The notes: a model not told the origin generated them from the letters alone. Positions 36,638 to 46,688 are shown, counted from the stretch's first letter. The stretch: DNA of 64,000 nt from an uncultured Chitinophaga sp. (GCA_964493695.1 CAZBPG010000004.1:40466-104465), one strand, 5' to 3'. Made by a program: numbers and translations.

Positions 36638-37147
36638 TTAGATTATTTCTCCCCGCTTACCTAATTCCACCACCTCCAGGTTCTCCATCTTCTTATCGTT
36701 CAGCGTAAAGCGCAGCACCGTCTTCATTTTATGGAAACCCTGCACACCCGCTGCACCGGGGTTCATCACCACCATGTTGTTGTATTTCGCATCGCGCATC
36801 ACCTTTAAAATGTGCGAGTGCCCGCAGATAAAAATATCGGGCATCACCTCCTCAATTTTCCTGCGCGCCTTGGGCTCGTAGTTGTTGGGGTAGCCGCCAA
36901 TATGCGTCATCAATATCTTAAAACCTTCGCGCTCCAGCACCAGGTTCAGGGGATAATCCATGCGGATGTCCATGTTGTCGATGTTTCCGTAAACGGCAAA
37001 AAAGGGCTTGAAGTTTTTCAGCTCATCGCACAGCTCGATGGTTCCCAAATCACCGGCATGCCATATTTCGTCAACGTCTTTAAACAACTCGAAAACTTTT
37101 TTGTCGAGGTACCCGTGCGTGTCGCTGATGAGGCCGATTTTTATCAC
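36638..37147 (-). CDS. YfcE/MJ0936-family metallophosphoesterase
   Basis: 169 aa with the ordered phosphoesterase motifs ISDTHG, HAGD, GNID, a GH-containing motif (MTHIGG) and ICGHSH. Confidence 0.85.
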   Translation of the reverse strand: MIKIGLISDTHGYLDKKVFELFKDVDEIWHAGDLGTIELCDELKNFKPFFAVYGNIDNMDIRMDYPLNLVLEREGFKILMTHIGGYPNNYEPKARRKIEEVMPDIFICGHSHILKVMRDAKYNNMVVMNPGAAGVQGFHKMKTVLRFTLNDKKMENLEVVELGKRGEII

Positions 37148-37210
37148 GGGGCGAATCTAAATTATTGTGCCTGTCTGTTGAAGTTTTGCGAAGGAAGCGC
37201 CAGAGACAAC

Positions 37211-37954
37211 CTACCTGCACATCGCCCCGCAAACACTAATTACCTGTCCGCTTACGTAGGTGCTTAAATCGCTGGCCAGAAAGAGGGCCACGCTGGCCAC
37301 TTCTCCGGTATCGCCCATGCGTTTCATGGGTATTTGGGCGAGGATATTTTTTTTCACTTCATCGGTCAGCACACCGGTCATATCGGTTTCAATAAAACCC
37401 GGTGCTATGGCATTGCAGCGTATACTGCGCGAGCCAAACTCATCGGCAATAGATTTGGTAAAACCAATAATGCCCGCTTTGCTGGCGGCATAATTAGATT
37501 GTCCGCCCTGCCCCATTTCGCCTATCACCGATGAAAGATTAATGATAGAACCGCTTTTTTGGCGCAACATAATTTTTGAAACATGCTTGGTAAGGTTAAA
37601 AACCGATTTCAGGTTAGCCGTCATTACTTCATCCCACTGCTCTTCGGTCATCCGCAGAATTAAATTGTCGCGCGTAATGCCTGCGTTGTTCACCAGCACA
37701 TCTATAGCCCCGAACTCCTGATAAACTTCCTCCACTAATTTTTCGGTGTCAGTATAAGAACCGGCATCGTTCTTATACGCTTTGGCTTTTACGCCCGCAG
37801 CGTTCAACTCTGTTTCCAGTTGTTTCGCTTTCTCCTCGCTGCTGATGTAAGTAAAAGCCACATTACATCCCTGCTCGGCAAACTTCTTTACAATAGCGTA
37901 GCCAATGCCTCTTGTTCCTCCGGTTATCAATGCTGTTTTTCCTTTCAGCAACAT
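37211..37954 (-). CDS. fabG: 3-oxoacyl-[acyl-carrier-protein] reductase
   Basis: MLLKGKTALITGGTRGIGYAI, NNAG and YAASKAG (YxxxK) motifs; 247 aa from ATG 37954. The 76-codon upstream extension in the ORF track runs through an intergenic repeat and is rejected. Confidence 0.9.
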   Translation of the reverse strand: MLLKGKTALITGGTRGIGYAIVKKFAEQGCNVAFTYISSEEKAKQLETELNAAGVKAKAYKNDAGSYTDTEKLVEEVYQEFGAIDVLVNNAGITRDNLILRMTEEQWDEVMTANLKSVFNLTKHVSKIMLRQKSGSIINLSSVIGEMGQGGQSNYAASKAGIIGFTKSIADEFGSRSIRCNAIAPGFIETDMTGVLTDEVKKNILAQIPMKRMGDTGEVASVALFLASDLSTYVSGQVISVCGAMCR

Positions 37955-38050
37955 GTGTTCTTGGTTTATGGTTCGAAGAAAGAAAAAAATAAATGATTGT
38001 AGAGGTTTCTCACAGAATACACTGACAACACGCTGATACAGTTTTGTATT

Positions 38051-38077
38051 TTCTGCGGGCATCTGCGGATTCTGCGG
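38051..38077. repeat. Tandem 9-mer array (TCTGCGG core x3)
   Basis: TTCTGCGGG CATCTGCGG ATTCTGCGG in the fabG upstream region. Confidence 0.6.
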
Positions 38078-38196
38078 AAAATAGAAAATGCAAACAAGTG
38101 TAAAATATTTTACCGGTGCATTAAACCATTGCAAATGCACCGCGTCATAGAAACATAACAACGGAACAAATTTTAAAACCAATAAAATTCAGAACT

Positions 38197-38523
38197 ATGA
38201 AAAAGATAATCATCGGAATTGCACTCTTTATTATAGGAGCCACCGCACCAACTTTAAAAGCACAAATACCTAACACACCGGGCATTAAACATCAGCAACG
38301 CATCGAACAAAAACGAATTCACCACGGCATCCGCACCGGACAGCTGACAAAGAAAGAAGCTATGCGCCTTCAAATGCAGCAGGCAAAAATACGCCACGAT
38401 AAACGCTGCGCCAAAGCAGACGGCATTGTTACTCCTTACGAGCGCGCGGTTATTAAGACCGAACAGGCAAGAGCAGGCAGAAACATCTATCGCCAAAAAC
38501 ATGACGGCCAAAACCGTTTCTAA
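38197..38523 (+). CDS. Small basic secreted protein (108 aa), function unknown
   Basis: Signal peptide MKKIIIGIALFIIGATAPTLKAQ followed by a Lys/Arg/Gln-rich helical sequence. A hairpin with a T8 run follows the stop. Confidence 0.65.
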   Translation: MKKIIIGIALFIIGATAPTLKAQIPNTPGIKHQQRIEQKRIHHGIRTGQLTKKEAMRLQMQQAKIRHDKRCAKADGIVTPYERAVIKTEQARAGRNIYRQKHDGQNRF

Positions 38524-38549
38524 TCATAAATGGGTTAAATAGGGTGAAG

Positions 38550-38580
38550 TCCCCGTGCTGAAAAGCCGGGGATTTTTTTT
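38550..38580 (+). terminator. Rho-independent terminator
   Basis: TCCCCG ... CGGGGA stem followed by TTTTTTTT (38573-38580). Confidence 0.65.
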
Positions 38581-38585
38581 GCCCG

Positions 38586-38616
38586 ACCCCGAAAGGGTTT
38601 AGAACCCTTTCGGGGT
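38586..38616. repeat. Perfect 14-bp palindromic hairpin
   Basis: ACCCCGAAAGGGTT, loop TAG, AACCCTTTCGGGGT. Confidence 0.7.
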
Positions 38617-38683
38617 TTAGTAAAAAGAAATAATTCCTTTTTACCTGCTTTTCTATATTTACTGCCCACACATTAATCCTGAC

Positions 38684-41600
38684 ATGAAAAAGTTCTCCTT
38701 ATCGCTCATTGCGCTGGCGTTTTTCGTTTCTGCCATCGCTCAACAATCCACGTTCCGTATTCAGTATGACGTCTCCATTTTTGATTTGCCTGGTGCTATG
38801 GCGGAAAGCACAACGGGAAATTACGTTATTGCTGGAACGAATGCTTCGCTTGGTACTATTGGCAACCTCATACAGATAGACCCTAACGGAAACCCGATGT
38901 GGAGCAAAGGATACTCTGCAGGTGGTTTGTCAACCCAGTTTAGCGATGTAAAAAAAGTAAGTACTGGCGGATACATTGTTACTGGAGGCACCGGTAGCGG
39001 ATGTTTATTGGCGAAAATAGACGCCAATGGAAATGTTGTTTGGGCAAATCGTTACCGAATTGCTTCTCCCAGTGTTGAGTATGGCAATCGTGTCATTCAG
39101 ACAAGTGATGGTGGTTTTGTAGTAGCCGGAAGTGTAAGCAAAGTTGATCCAGATGGTGCAGGTGCAATTGCCCGCCAAGACTCTTCAAAAATGTTTGCTA
39201 TGAAAACTGACGGCAACGGCAACTTGTTATGGATGCGCACGTTTTTTTATACTACCAGTTTTGATGATGACGACTACCTCAATGATGTGGCCGAAGTTTC
39301 GGATGGTTACGTTTTTGTTGGTTCAGCTACCATCGTTGCTGGAGATGGACAAAGCGATGCCACTATTTTAAAGACTAATGTGAACGGAAGTTTGCAATGG
39401 TCGCACAGGTGGGGCAATAGCAACAGCGAACAGGGTTATGCTATAATAAACAATGGCAGCAATCAAGTGCTGATAAGCGGTGATGATAATGGACGGGCTT
39501 TTATTTTGAACGTGAGCGCACCAAACTCTGGTCCGACTGTTACAGGAACTAATAGCTTGTATATAACAACCGGATTTTCTGCCTTGGGCTCAAGTTTAGT
39601 AAAAACAATAGATGGGCATTACACCATTTTTGGAACCCGGATTGGGGTGATATTTACTCCTCCTTTTTTAGACTACAGTGCATTTGTGATGAAAACAAAT
39701 TCAACCTCAGGAGCCATAATCTTTAGCCGTAGTTATAACTCGGGTTTTGTTTCTATTCTTCCTGTGGGTATTCAGACGAGTGATACAGGATACATCATGA
39801 ATTCAATTTCTGCAACACTTCAGGCAGCGAGCTATGATTATGGAGTTGTAAAAACAGACAAAAACGGACAGCAAAGTGCAATATCCGGATGCCCTGAAAG
39901 TTCTCCTGCATTTAGCCGTAGCAACTATTCTCCGTCTTTCAGCAGTTTTTCTTCATCTGTTGTGATTACACAATCAGCGAGTAGTATTTCATTAGCCGCA
40001 GCAAATATCACACCTGCTCAAACCGTAATTTGCCGTACCATTGTCTGCGCGGCACCGCCTACTCCTTCGTTAACTGCCAACCCAACTACTATTTGTTCCG
40101 GAAGTTCAAGTCTTCTTACGGCTTCGGGCGGAAGCAACGTTACCTATAAGTATTACACACAGGCATCCGGTGGAACTTCGATAGGCAGCGGAGCTACTTT
40201 AACTGTTTCGCCAACGTCTACTACTACTTACTATGTAGAGGCAGATGATAACTTGAATCCCGGTTGCGTAAGCAATAGAAGTGCAGGGGTAACAGTTACC
40301 GTAAGCAATCCTCCAACTTCTGTTGGAAATATTACCGGCAGTGCAAATCCCTGCCTGGGTAACGCCAACTATTCTATTGCAGCTACCGGTGCTACTACTT
40401 ACGCGTGGAGTGTAAGCGGGGGAGGAACCATTACCGGTGGAAGTACGGCAACCCCAACTATCAATTGGACAAGCAGCGGTGGACCTTATACTGTTTCCGT
40501 TACTGTAAGCAATAGCTGTGGAAGTATTTCAAGAACTCTATCAGTTACAGTGGTAGCCGGTGTTAGTGGTGTGGGAGCAAGTGCTTCGGCCAACCCTTGT
40601 GTTGGAGGCACGCTTACCTTAACCGGTACCGGCAGTGGTGTAAACAACTGGGCATGGACAGGGCCTAACGGCTTTACTTCCTCTTCGCAAAGCCCGCAGA
40701 TTACCAACTTAACAGTTGCCGCTGTCGGAACATACAATTTAGTAGCCAGTAGCGCCTGCGGAAGCGGAAACGCCAACGTAACGGTAACCGTAGGTAACAA
40801 ACCTCAAAACGTTACCGCCACTGTAAACTCACCGGCATGTGTAGGTAACACCTTGAACTTAACCGGTGCAGGGACTAACGCAACATCGTGGAGTTGGAGC
40901 GGACCAAATAGTTTCACAGCCAGCACTCAAAATGCTTCAGTATCAAACGCACAAACAAATGCTACCGGCACTTACACACTCACTGCCACTAACGTGTGCG
41001 GTAATACTACAGCTACAGCCAGTGCGGTAGTTAACTCGGCACCTACCGGTGTAAATGCTTCAGCAAATCCGAATCCTGTTTGTTCGGGAAATGTGCTGAA
41101 CTTGATTGGCGGTGCCACCGGTGCTACAAGCTATGCATGGACCGGCCCCAACAGTTATACTTCTACGCTACTCAACAACACTATCAACAATTTTCAGGCG
41201 GTTAATGCCGGAACTTACACGCTTACAGCTACTAACGCCTGCGGCAGCACTCAGGATGCAGAAACTGTTACCATAGCTGATGTTCCATCGAGCGTAACGG
41301 CAGCTGCTAACCTTACCAATATTTGTGCTCAGGCAAGTTTGACTTTAAGCGGCAATGCCAACAATGCTTCTTCATTTTCGTGGAGCGGTCCGAATGGTTT
41401 TACTTCGACCGCGCAAAACCCTACACGCCCTAATATTACACTTGCCGATAGTGGCTTGTATACTTTAACAGCTACCAATGCCTGTGGGAGCACAACGGCT
41501 ACGGTAAATGTGGATGTTGATACCGTAATTCAGAATTTGGTTGTAAACGCTTCGCCAAACGACACCGTTTGCGCAGGAAGCAACATCAATTTAACCGGCA

Positions 41601-43768
41601 GTGGTACGCAGGTGAATACCTGGAGCTGGAGCGGACCGAACAACTTTACTTCCTCTCAACAAAACACTTCAGTGCCTAATGCAACAGCAATAAACAGCGG
41701 CACTTATACTGTAACCGCGAGCAACGCATGCGGCACACAAACCTCCAGCTTGTCAGTATTGGTGAACGGTGCTATTTCAAGTTTGAGCGCTTCTGCAACT
41801 ACCGGTGCCATTATCTGCAACGGAACGGACATCAACTTAACCGCAAGCGGTACAAACGTGAACGGCTTTACGTGGACAGGTCCAAACGGTTTTTCTTCTA
41901 CACAGCAAAATCCAACTATCAGTAACGCCACCGTTGCTGCCGGTGGAACTTACACGGTTACAGCTAACAACGCCTGCGGAAATCAGACAGCAACAGTTTC
42001 GGTGCAGGTAGATACATTGATTGAGAATCTTTCTTCTTCCGCTTCCCCGAATGATACTCTTTGTGCCGGTGGAACCATCACTTTGAATGCCACCGGAACC
42101 AATGTGAATACCTGGAGTTGGGTGGGTCCAAATGGTTTTACCGCAGCTCAGCAAAATGCTTCCGTACCTAATGCTACAGCAACAGCCAGCGGAACTTATA
42201 CGGTTACAGCAAGTAACGGTTGTGGAAATGCACAGGCATCAGTTACAGTTTTGGTAAACGACCCTATTCAAAATGTAACCGCTACTGCATCGAGCAGCGG
42301 TTTGGTTTGCAGCGGAAGCAGTATTACACTTTCTGCCAATGCCACAAACGCCAACAGCTTTAGCTGGACCGGTGCTGACGGATTTACTTCCACTCAACAA
42401 AATCCGGTTATCAATCCGGCTACTATCGCTAACAGCGGAACTTATACCGCAACGGTAAATAACGCCTGCGGAAGCCAAAGTGCTTCTGTAACCGTTCAGG
42501 TAGATACGCTGATTAGAAATCTGACTTCGCTTGCTTCACCCAATGATACACTGTGCGCAGGAGGTACTATCAGTCTTTCGGCATCGGGCGATAATGTTAC
42601 ATCGTGGAGTTGGAGCGGACCGAATGGATTTACAGCAAATACGCAAAATACTTCAGTAAGTAGTGCGCAGTCAATTAACAGCGGAACTTATACAGTTACG
42701 GGAACCAACGCCTGCGGTACTTCAACATCCAGTGTAAGCATAATGGTTAAAACCGCACCAACACTTTCGTTAACCATTACCGGACCGGTGATTGTTTGCG
42801 GAAACGCGAGCGGAACTTACACGGTGGCTTCTTCTGCCGATGTTACTTCTTATAACTGGACCTTGACCGGTGGAAATATTACCGGTGGACAGGGAACAAA
42901 TTCAATTGGTGTAAGTTGGGGAACCACAGCCGGTACTTATCAGGTTTCAGTTACTGCTTCAAACGAGTGCGGCACCGGTTCATCAGCAAACTTACAGGTG
43001 AGTGTAGATGTGCCTACTGTTTTGGGAATTACGGCAACCAGCGACACTGTTTGCTTCAATACTGCTACAACACTAACCGCAACGGTTGCTCCTGTCAGCA
43101 CGGTTATTACATGGTATTTAGATGCAGTTGGCGGGACTGAAATAGGAACCGGCACAACTTATACTACAGGTGACCTTACTCAAACAACAACCTTTTATGC
43201 CCAAGCCACTTCAGTTAACGGTTGTTCGAACTTGCAGGGAAGAGTTCCTGCTACGGTTACGGTTACTGCTCTACCGGTGGTTGTGTTAATCAGCGATAAA
43301 GACGGCAATAATGATTTCCCTACCGCTTTTCCTAACGAAGTGGTGAATTTTGAAGCTGTTCCTGATTCCTTCGATAATTATGAATTCTTCTGGAACGGCT
43401 CTTCCGTACAAACAGGAAACTCCAACCACTGGAGCACAAGTAAGTTGAATCACTTAGACTCTGTTTGGGTGATTGCAACTGAAAGCGGTTGTGTCGGATT
43501 CCGAAGTATCGACACTGTGCGTATTGTTGACTTCCCGAATGCCTTTACTCCGAACAATGACGGTGTAAACGATGTGTTTCTTGCCGGCTATGATTTAATT
43601 ATCACCAACCGGTGGGGACAAACGCTTTACGAAGGGCGCGAAGGATGGGACGGCAAATACAAAGGCGATAAAGTTTCTCCGGGAACTTACTATTACATCG
43701 TAACGCTCGACAACATCACCGACCGGAAGAACGCGATTAAGGGAACCGTTTTACTCATCGAAGACTAA
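38684..43768 (+). CDS. 1,694-aa T9SS cargo: beta-propeller-like N-terminal region, Ig-like W-x-G-P-N-G-F-T module array, type B C-terminal sorting domain
   Basis: Signal peptide MKKFSLSLIALAFFVSAIAQQ. N-terminal repeats of the (S/T)DGG(Y/F).V.G type. Nine ~80-aa modules carry W(T/S)GPN(G/S)FT...QN....N......GTYT.TA.N.CG. The C-terminal VDFPNAFTPNNDGVNDVF...NRWGQ...PGTYYYIV matches the type B CTD. Confidence 0.9.
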   Translation: MKKFSLSLIALAFFVSAIAQQSTFRIQYDVSIFDLPGAMAESTTGNYVIAGTNASLGTIGNLIQIDPNGNPMWSKGYSAGGLSTQFSDVKKVSTGGYIVTGGTGSGCLLAKIDANGNVVWANRYRIASPSVEYGNRVIQTSDGGFVVAGSVSKVDPDGAGAIARQDSSKMFAMKTDGNGNLLWMRTFFYTTSFDDDDYLNDVAEVSDGYVFVGSATIVAGDGQSDATILKTNVNGSLQWSHRWGNSNSEQGYAIINNGSNQVLISGDDNGRAFILNVSAPNSGPTVTGTNSLYITTGFSALGSSLVKTIDGHYTIFGTRIGVIFTPPFLDYSAFVMKTNSTSGAIIFSRSYNSGFVSILPVGIQTSDTGYIMNSISATLQAASYDYGVVKTDKNGQQSAISGCPESSPAFSRSNYSPSFSSFSSSVVITQSASSISLAAANITPAQTVICRTIVCAAPPTPSLTANPTTICSGSSSLLTASGGSNVTYKYYTQASGGTSIGSGATLTVSPTSTTTYYVEADDNLNPGCVSNRSAGVTVTVSNPPTSVGNITGSANPCLGNANYSIAATGATTYAWSVSGGGTITGGSTATPTINWTSSGGPYTVSVTVSNSCGSISRTLSVTVVAGVSGVGASASANPCVGGTLTLTGTGSGVNNWAWTGPNGFTSSSQSPQITNLTVAAVGTYNLVASSACGSGNANVTVTVGNKPQNVTATVNSPACVGNTLNLTGAGTNATSWSWSGPNSFTASTQNASVSNAQTNATGTYTLTATNVCGNTTATASAVVNSAPTGVNASANPNPVCSGNVLNLIGGATGATSYAWTGPNSYTSTLLNNTINNFQAVNAGTYTLTATNACGSTQDAETVTIADVPSSVTAAANLTNICAQASLTLSGNANNASSFSWSGPNGFTSTAQNPTRPNITLADSGLYTLTATNACGSTTATVNVDVDTVIQNLVVNASPNDTVCAGSNINLTGSGTQVNTWSWSGPNNFTSSQQNTSVPNATAINSGTYTVTASNACGTQTSSLSVLVNGAISSLSASATTGAIICNGTDINLTASGTNVNGFTWTGPNGFSSTQQNPTISNATVAAGGTYTVTANNACGNQTATVSVQVDTLIENLSSSASPNDTLCAGGTITLNATGTNVNTWSWVGPNGFTAAQQNASVPNATATASGTYTVTASNGCGNAQASVTVLVNDPIQNVTATASSSGLVCSGSSITLSANATNANSFSWTGADGFTSTQQNPVINPATIANSGTYTATVNNACGSQSASVTVQVDTLIRNLTSLASPNDTLCAGGTISLSASGDNVTSWSWSGPNGFTANTQNTSVSSAQSINSGTYTVTGTNACGTSTSSVSIMVKTAPTLSLTITGPVIVCGNASGTYTVASSADVTSYNWTLTGGNITGGQGTNSIGVSWGTTAGTYQVSVTASNECGTGSSANLQVSVDVPTVLGITATSDTVCFNTATTLTATVAPVSTVITWYLDAVGGTEIGTGTTYTTGDLTQTTTFYAQATSVNGCSNLQGRVPATVTVTALPVVVLISDKDGNNDFPTAFPNEVVNFEAVPDSFDNYEFFWNGSSVQTGNSNHWSTSKLNHLDSVWVIATESGCVGFRSIDTVRIVDFPNAFTPNNDGVNDVFLAGYDLIITNRWGQTLYEGREGWDGKYKGDKVSPGTYYYIVTLDNITDRKNAIKGTVLLIED
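40559..42760 (+). repeat. Nine tandem ~80-aa Ig-like modules (W-x-G-P-N-G-F-T core)
   Basis: I counted the cores from the translation: NNWAWTGPNGFTSS, TSWSWSGPNSFTAS, TSYAWTGPNSYTST, SSFSWSGPNGFTST, NTWSWSGPNNFTSS, NGFTWTGPNGFSST, NTWSWVGPNGFTAA, NSFSWTGADGFTST, TSWSWSGPNGFTAN. Confidence 0.8.
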
Positions 43769-43777
43769 GAAAGGAAC

Positions 43778-45667
43778 ATGAAAAATATCCTAACGACACT
43801 CACCTTGTTGTTTGCGCTTGTTGTGTGCAATGCGCAAACCAATCTTGAAATGGCAAACGATGCTTTTGCTGCCAAGGAATACACGACAGCTTTAGATTAT
43901 TTCCAAAAGGTTTTGAAGAAGCCTGAAAAGAAAACCGACTTAGCCGATGTGAATTTTAAAGTAGCAGAGTGCTACCGGTACAACGGAAAGTTTGACGATG
44001 CCAATACTTACTATAATCAGGCAAAGGCTGCCGGTTACAGCAATCCGGTTTATTTGTTTCATCAGGGGAATATTTATTTGAAACAGAGTAAATATGAGGA
44101 TGCACAGAAAAAATTTGAAAGTTTCCTAAGCGCTCAGCCAAATGACAAGGACGCTACGCGCCTGCTCAACAACTGCAGGTTTGCTATCAGTTCGTCAATT
44201 GATCCCTGGTTCTATACTTTTAAGAATGAGAAAGATCTGAATACGGTTTACAACGACTATGCTGCTGCACAGTTAAAATTCCTGCTGGTGTTTACTTCTT
44301 CGCGCATCGAAGAGAAAGGCGACAAAATTTATTCGTTTGACGGACAGGGTTTTTCGGATTTATATCAGACCGCTTATTTTAAAGAAGATAAGACCTGGAG
44401 CAAACCGAAAAAGATTGAAACTATCAGTGCCGAAAAAAATGATGGCGTTTTAGCTTACTGCGAAAAAACAAAAACCGTTTACTACACCCGTTGTAACGAT
44501 GGCAAAACGAAAGATAATTTCTGCCGCATTTATGAAGCGACCTACGATGAAGCCACAAACATTTTCGGAATACCGAAAGCTATTTCGCTTTCATTTACAC
44601 AGAAAACTGACATGTCGCAACCGGCTATTTCTACCGATGGCAGCAAGCTTTATTACGCCAGCCGTATGGAAGGCGGGCAGGGCGGAAGTGATATCTGGGT
44701 GATGAGCAAAAGCGGTGACAGTTGGGGCGAACCTGTGAACGCGGGCAGCATGATCAATACCGAGTTTGATGAAATGTTTCCGGTGGTGCATGATTCGGCT
44801 CTTTGTTATTCTTCTGAAGGATTTACCGGTTATGGCGGTTTGGATTTGTTCAGCTCTGCTTATGTGAACGGAACCTGGACCAAACCGCAGAACCTGAAAA
44901 CACCATTCAACAGCAGTGCCGATGATTTCTTCATATCTTTTAATCCTGATGGCAAGAGCGGTTATTTTTCTTCCAACCGCAAAGACGGAGCCGGTGGAGA
45001 TGATATTTATTCATTCTTCCTTACACCGGTTAACCTGGTGGTAAAAGGTAGAGTAACCGATATAGACAACAGTTCTCCGCTTGCCGGTGCTACAGTTGTT
45101 TTAACTGCCGCTGACGGAACTACTGACACTACGACAACCAGTGCCAACGGAGAATACAGCTTTAACTTAGGCCAGGATAAGGATTACAAGATAAATGTAC
45201 TGAACCCCGGTTACTTCGGTGATTCGAAAAAACTGAGCACGCAGGGCGAGAAGTTCTCGAAAGAGTTTTCAAAAGCTAACGGCAACAATTACGATTTCTC
45301 TATCAAGCGGATTCCTAAAACAGAAATCAAGATTGACAACATTTACTACGACCTCGACAGTTTCGTGCTTCGGGAAGAATCGAAACCGAGCTTAGATAAA
45401 CTTGTAAAAATTCTGGAAGATACACCGGATGCTTTTGTGCAGATTAACTCGCATACAGATGAGCGCGGTAAAGTAGAGTATAACACCACCCTTTCAGAAA
45501 ACCGGGCGAAGAGTGTGGTAGATTATTTAGTGAGCAAGGGAATAAACCCTGCGCACTTAACCTCGAAAGGATTCGGGTTTAGTCAGCCGGTAATTAAAGG
45601 TGCGAAGACCGAAGAAGAACATCAGCAGAATAGACGGACAGCATTTCAGGTAATACAAACACCATAA
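43778..45667 (+). CDS. PorE-like multidomain OmpA-family protein, second paralogue (TPR + beta-propeller + CRD + OmpA_C)
   Basis: Same order of motifs as 17055-19280: TPR (FAAKEYTTALDYFQKVL), PD40 blades (DGSKLYYASRMEGGQGGSDIWVM; GYGGLDLFSS; SGYFSSNRKDGAGGDDIYSF), CRD (VKGRVTDIDNSSPLAGATVVL) and OmpA_C (IYYDLDSFVLREES...SHTDERGKVEYNTTLSENRAKS...NRRTAFQV). It starts 9 nt after the cargo stop. Confidence 0.85.
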   Translation: MKNILTTLTLLFALVVCNAQTNLEMANDAFAAKEYTTALDYFQKVLKKPEKKTDLADVNFKVAECYRYNGKFDDANTYYNQAKAAGYSNPVYLFHQGNIYLKQSKYEDAQKKFESFLSAQPNDKDATRLLNNCRFAISSSIDPWFYTFKNEKDLNTVYNDYAAAQLKFLLVFTSSRIEEKGDKIYSFDGQGFSDLYQTAYFKEDKTWSKPKKIETISAEKNDGVLAYCEKTKTVYYTRCNDGKTKDNFCRIYEATYDEATNIFGIPKAISLSFTQKTDMSQPAISTDGSKLYYASRMEGGQGGSDIWVMSKSGDSWGEPVNAGSMINTEFDEMFPVVHDSALCYSSEGFTGYGGLDLFSSAYVNGTWTKPQNLKTPFNSSADDFFISFNPDGKSGYFSSNRKDGAGGDDIYSFFLTPVNLVVKGRVTDIDNSSPLAGATVVLTAADGTTDTTTTSANGEYSFNLGQDKDYKINVLNPGYFGDSKKLSTQGEKFSKEFSKANGNNYDFSIKRIPKTEIKIDNIYYDLDSFVLREESKPSLDKLVKILEDTPDAFVQINSHTDERGKVEYNTTLSENRAKSVVDYLVSKGINPAHLTSKGFGFSQPVIKGAKTEEEHQQNRRTAFQVIQTP

Positions 45668-45703
45668 AGAAGACCCAAACAAAAACACATAAAAGAAACT
45701 GGT

Positions 45704-46624
45704 ATGAAAAAACTATTTACAGCAGCAACCGTAATTTTCCTTGCATACCAAGGATTATTTGCTCAGAACGAACCGGTAGTAGCACACTTTGCCTATCACA
45801 CCAACGTGTTTAATCCGGCAGTAAGCGGTAACACGCGTGATATTTATGTAGGCGCGTTGTATCGCCAACAGTGGGTCGGTTTTAAAGAAGCTCCCTCTAC
45901 TTTTCTGCTCGATGCTTATGCCGGTATTGCCAAAATAAAAGGTGGTGTCGGCCTGGTGATTAGTAACGATATGCTGGGTAAGCAGCGCTTTACCACCGCT
46001 AAAGTTTCTTATGCTTATTCGCAGCGCCTGAACGACCGGGCGCGGCTTTCTATCGGTTTGGGCATTGGTTTGTTCAACAGTTTTGTGAAAGGAACAGAAT
46101 TGATTTACCAGGACCATTATAATGTTGATCAAAGTGCGTTGCTTGCCAACACCAATAAATTCAAAGCGTTTCTTTCTGCCGGTATTGAGTTCAGCGGTTA
46201 CAATACTACTATCGGTTTCTCCGTTTCTAATCTCGACCAGGGCTTGAAGAGCGCCACTCCCTTTAAAGTTCCCCGCCATTACTTCGGTTATGTAAAGTAT
46301 AGCTGGGACATCAACACAAAATTTAACCTGACCACTTCGGTGTTTGTGCGCAGTATTGATTTTATAGCACAGGCTGAAGTAAACCTTGCATTAACCTGGA
46401 ACAAGCGGATAATAGTTGGTCTTCTGTATCGCAGTAACGATGCGGTAGGTGCTATGCTGGGCGTTCATATCACTAAACATTTAATGGCAAGCTACGCTTA
46501 CGATTTCAATTGCGGAAAACTGGGCCCTTACCAATCCGGCTCGCACGAAGTGCAGTTGATTTACCGGTTTAACGGAGTGAAGGAGAAGCGGACGTTTTAT
46601 AAATCTCCCCGTTATCTGAATTAA
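45704..46624 (+). CDS. PorP/SprF-family T9SS outer-membrane protein, second paralogue
   Basis: Signal peptide followed by AQNEPVVAHFAYHTNVFNPAVSG...YRQQWVGFKEAPST; 306 aa. Confidence 0.85.
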   Translation: MKKLFTAATVIFLAYQGLFAQNEPVVAHFAYHTNVFNPAVSGNTRDIYVGALYRQQWVGFKEAPSTFLLDAYAGIAKIKGGVGLVISNDMLGKQRFTTAKVSYAYSQRLNDRARLSIGLGIGLFNSFVKGTELIYQDHYNVDQSALLANTNKFKAFLSAGIEFSGYNTTIGFSVSNLDQGLKSATPFKVPRHYFGYVKYSWDINTKFNLTTSVFVRSIDFIAQAEVNLALTWNKRIIVGLLYRSNDAVGAMLGVHITKHLMASYAYDFNCGKLGPYQSGSHEVQLIYRFNGVKEKRTFYKSPRYLN

Positions 46625-46688
46625 GAATTAAGTAAAACAGAAAGGCTCTCCCAATGGGAAGCTTTTTTTGTTTTGCTTGAGTTATAGA

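Noticed and set aside
37955-38182. N-terminal extensions offered by the ORF track: fabG 37955-38182, decarboxylase 25246-25317, M1 peptidase 19330-19362, tsaC 62007-62042, ribE 63621-63644, TPR 55667-55717, orphan 56239-56274, GxxExxY 25057-25074
   Set aside because: In each case an internal ATG gives the canonical N-terminus or a signal peptide, e.g. MLLKGKTALITGG, MFTGIIETIGKV, MKKTFLLSIL. The extension runs through intergenic repeats or terminator stems, or starts at a non-ATG codon.
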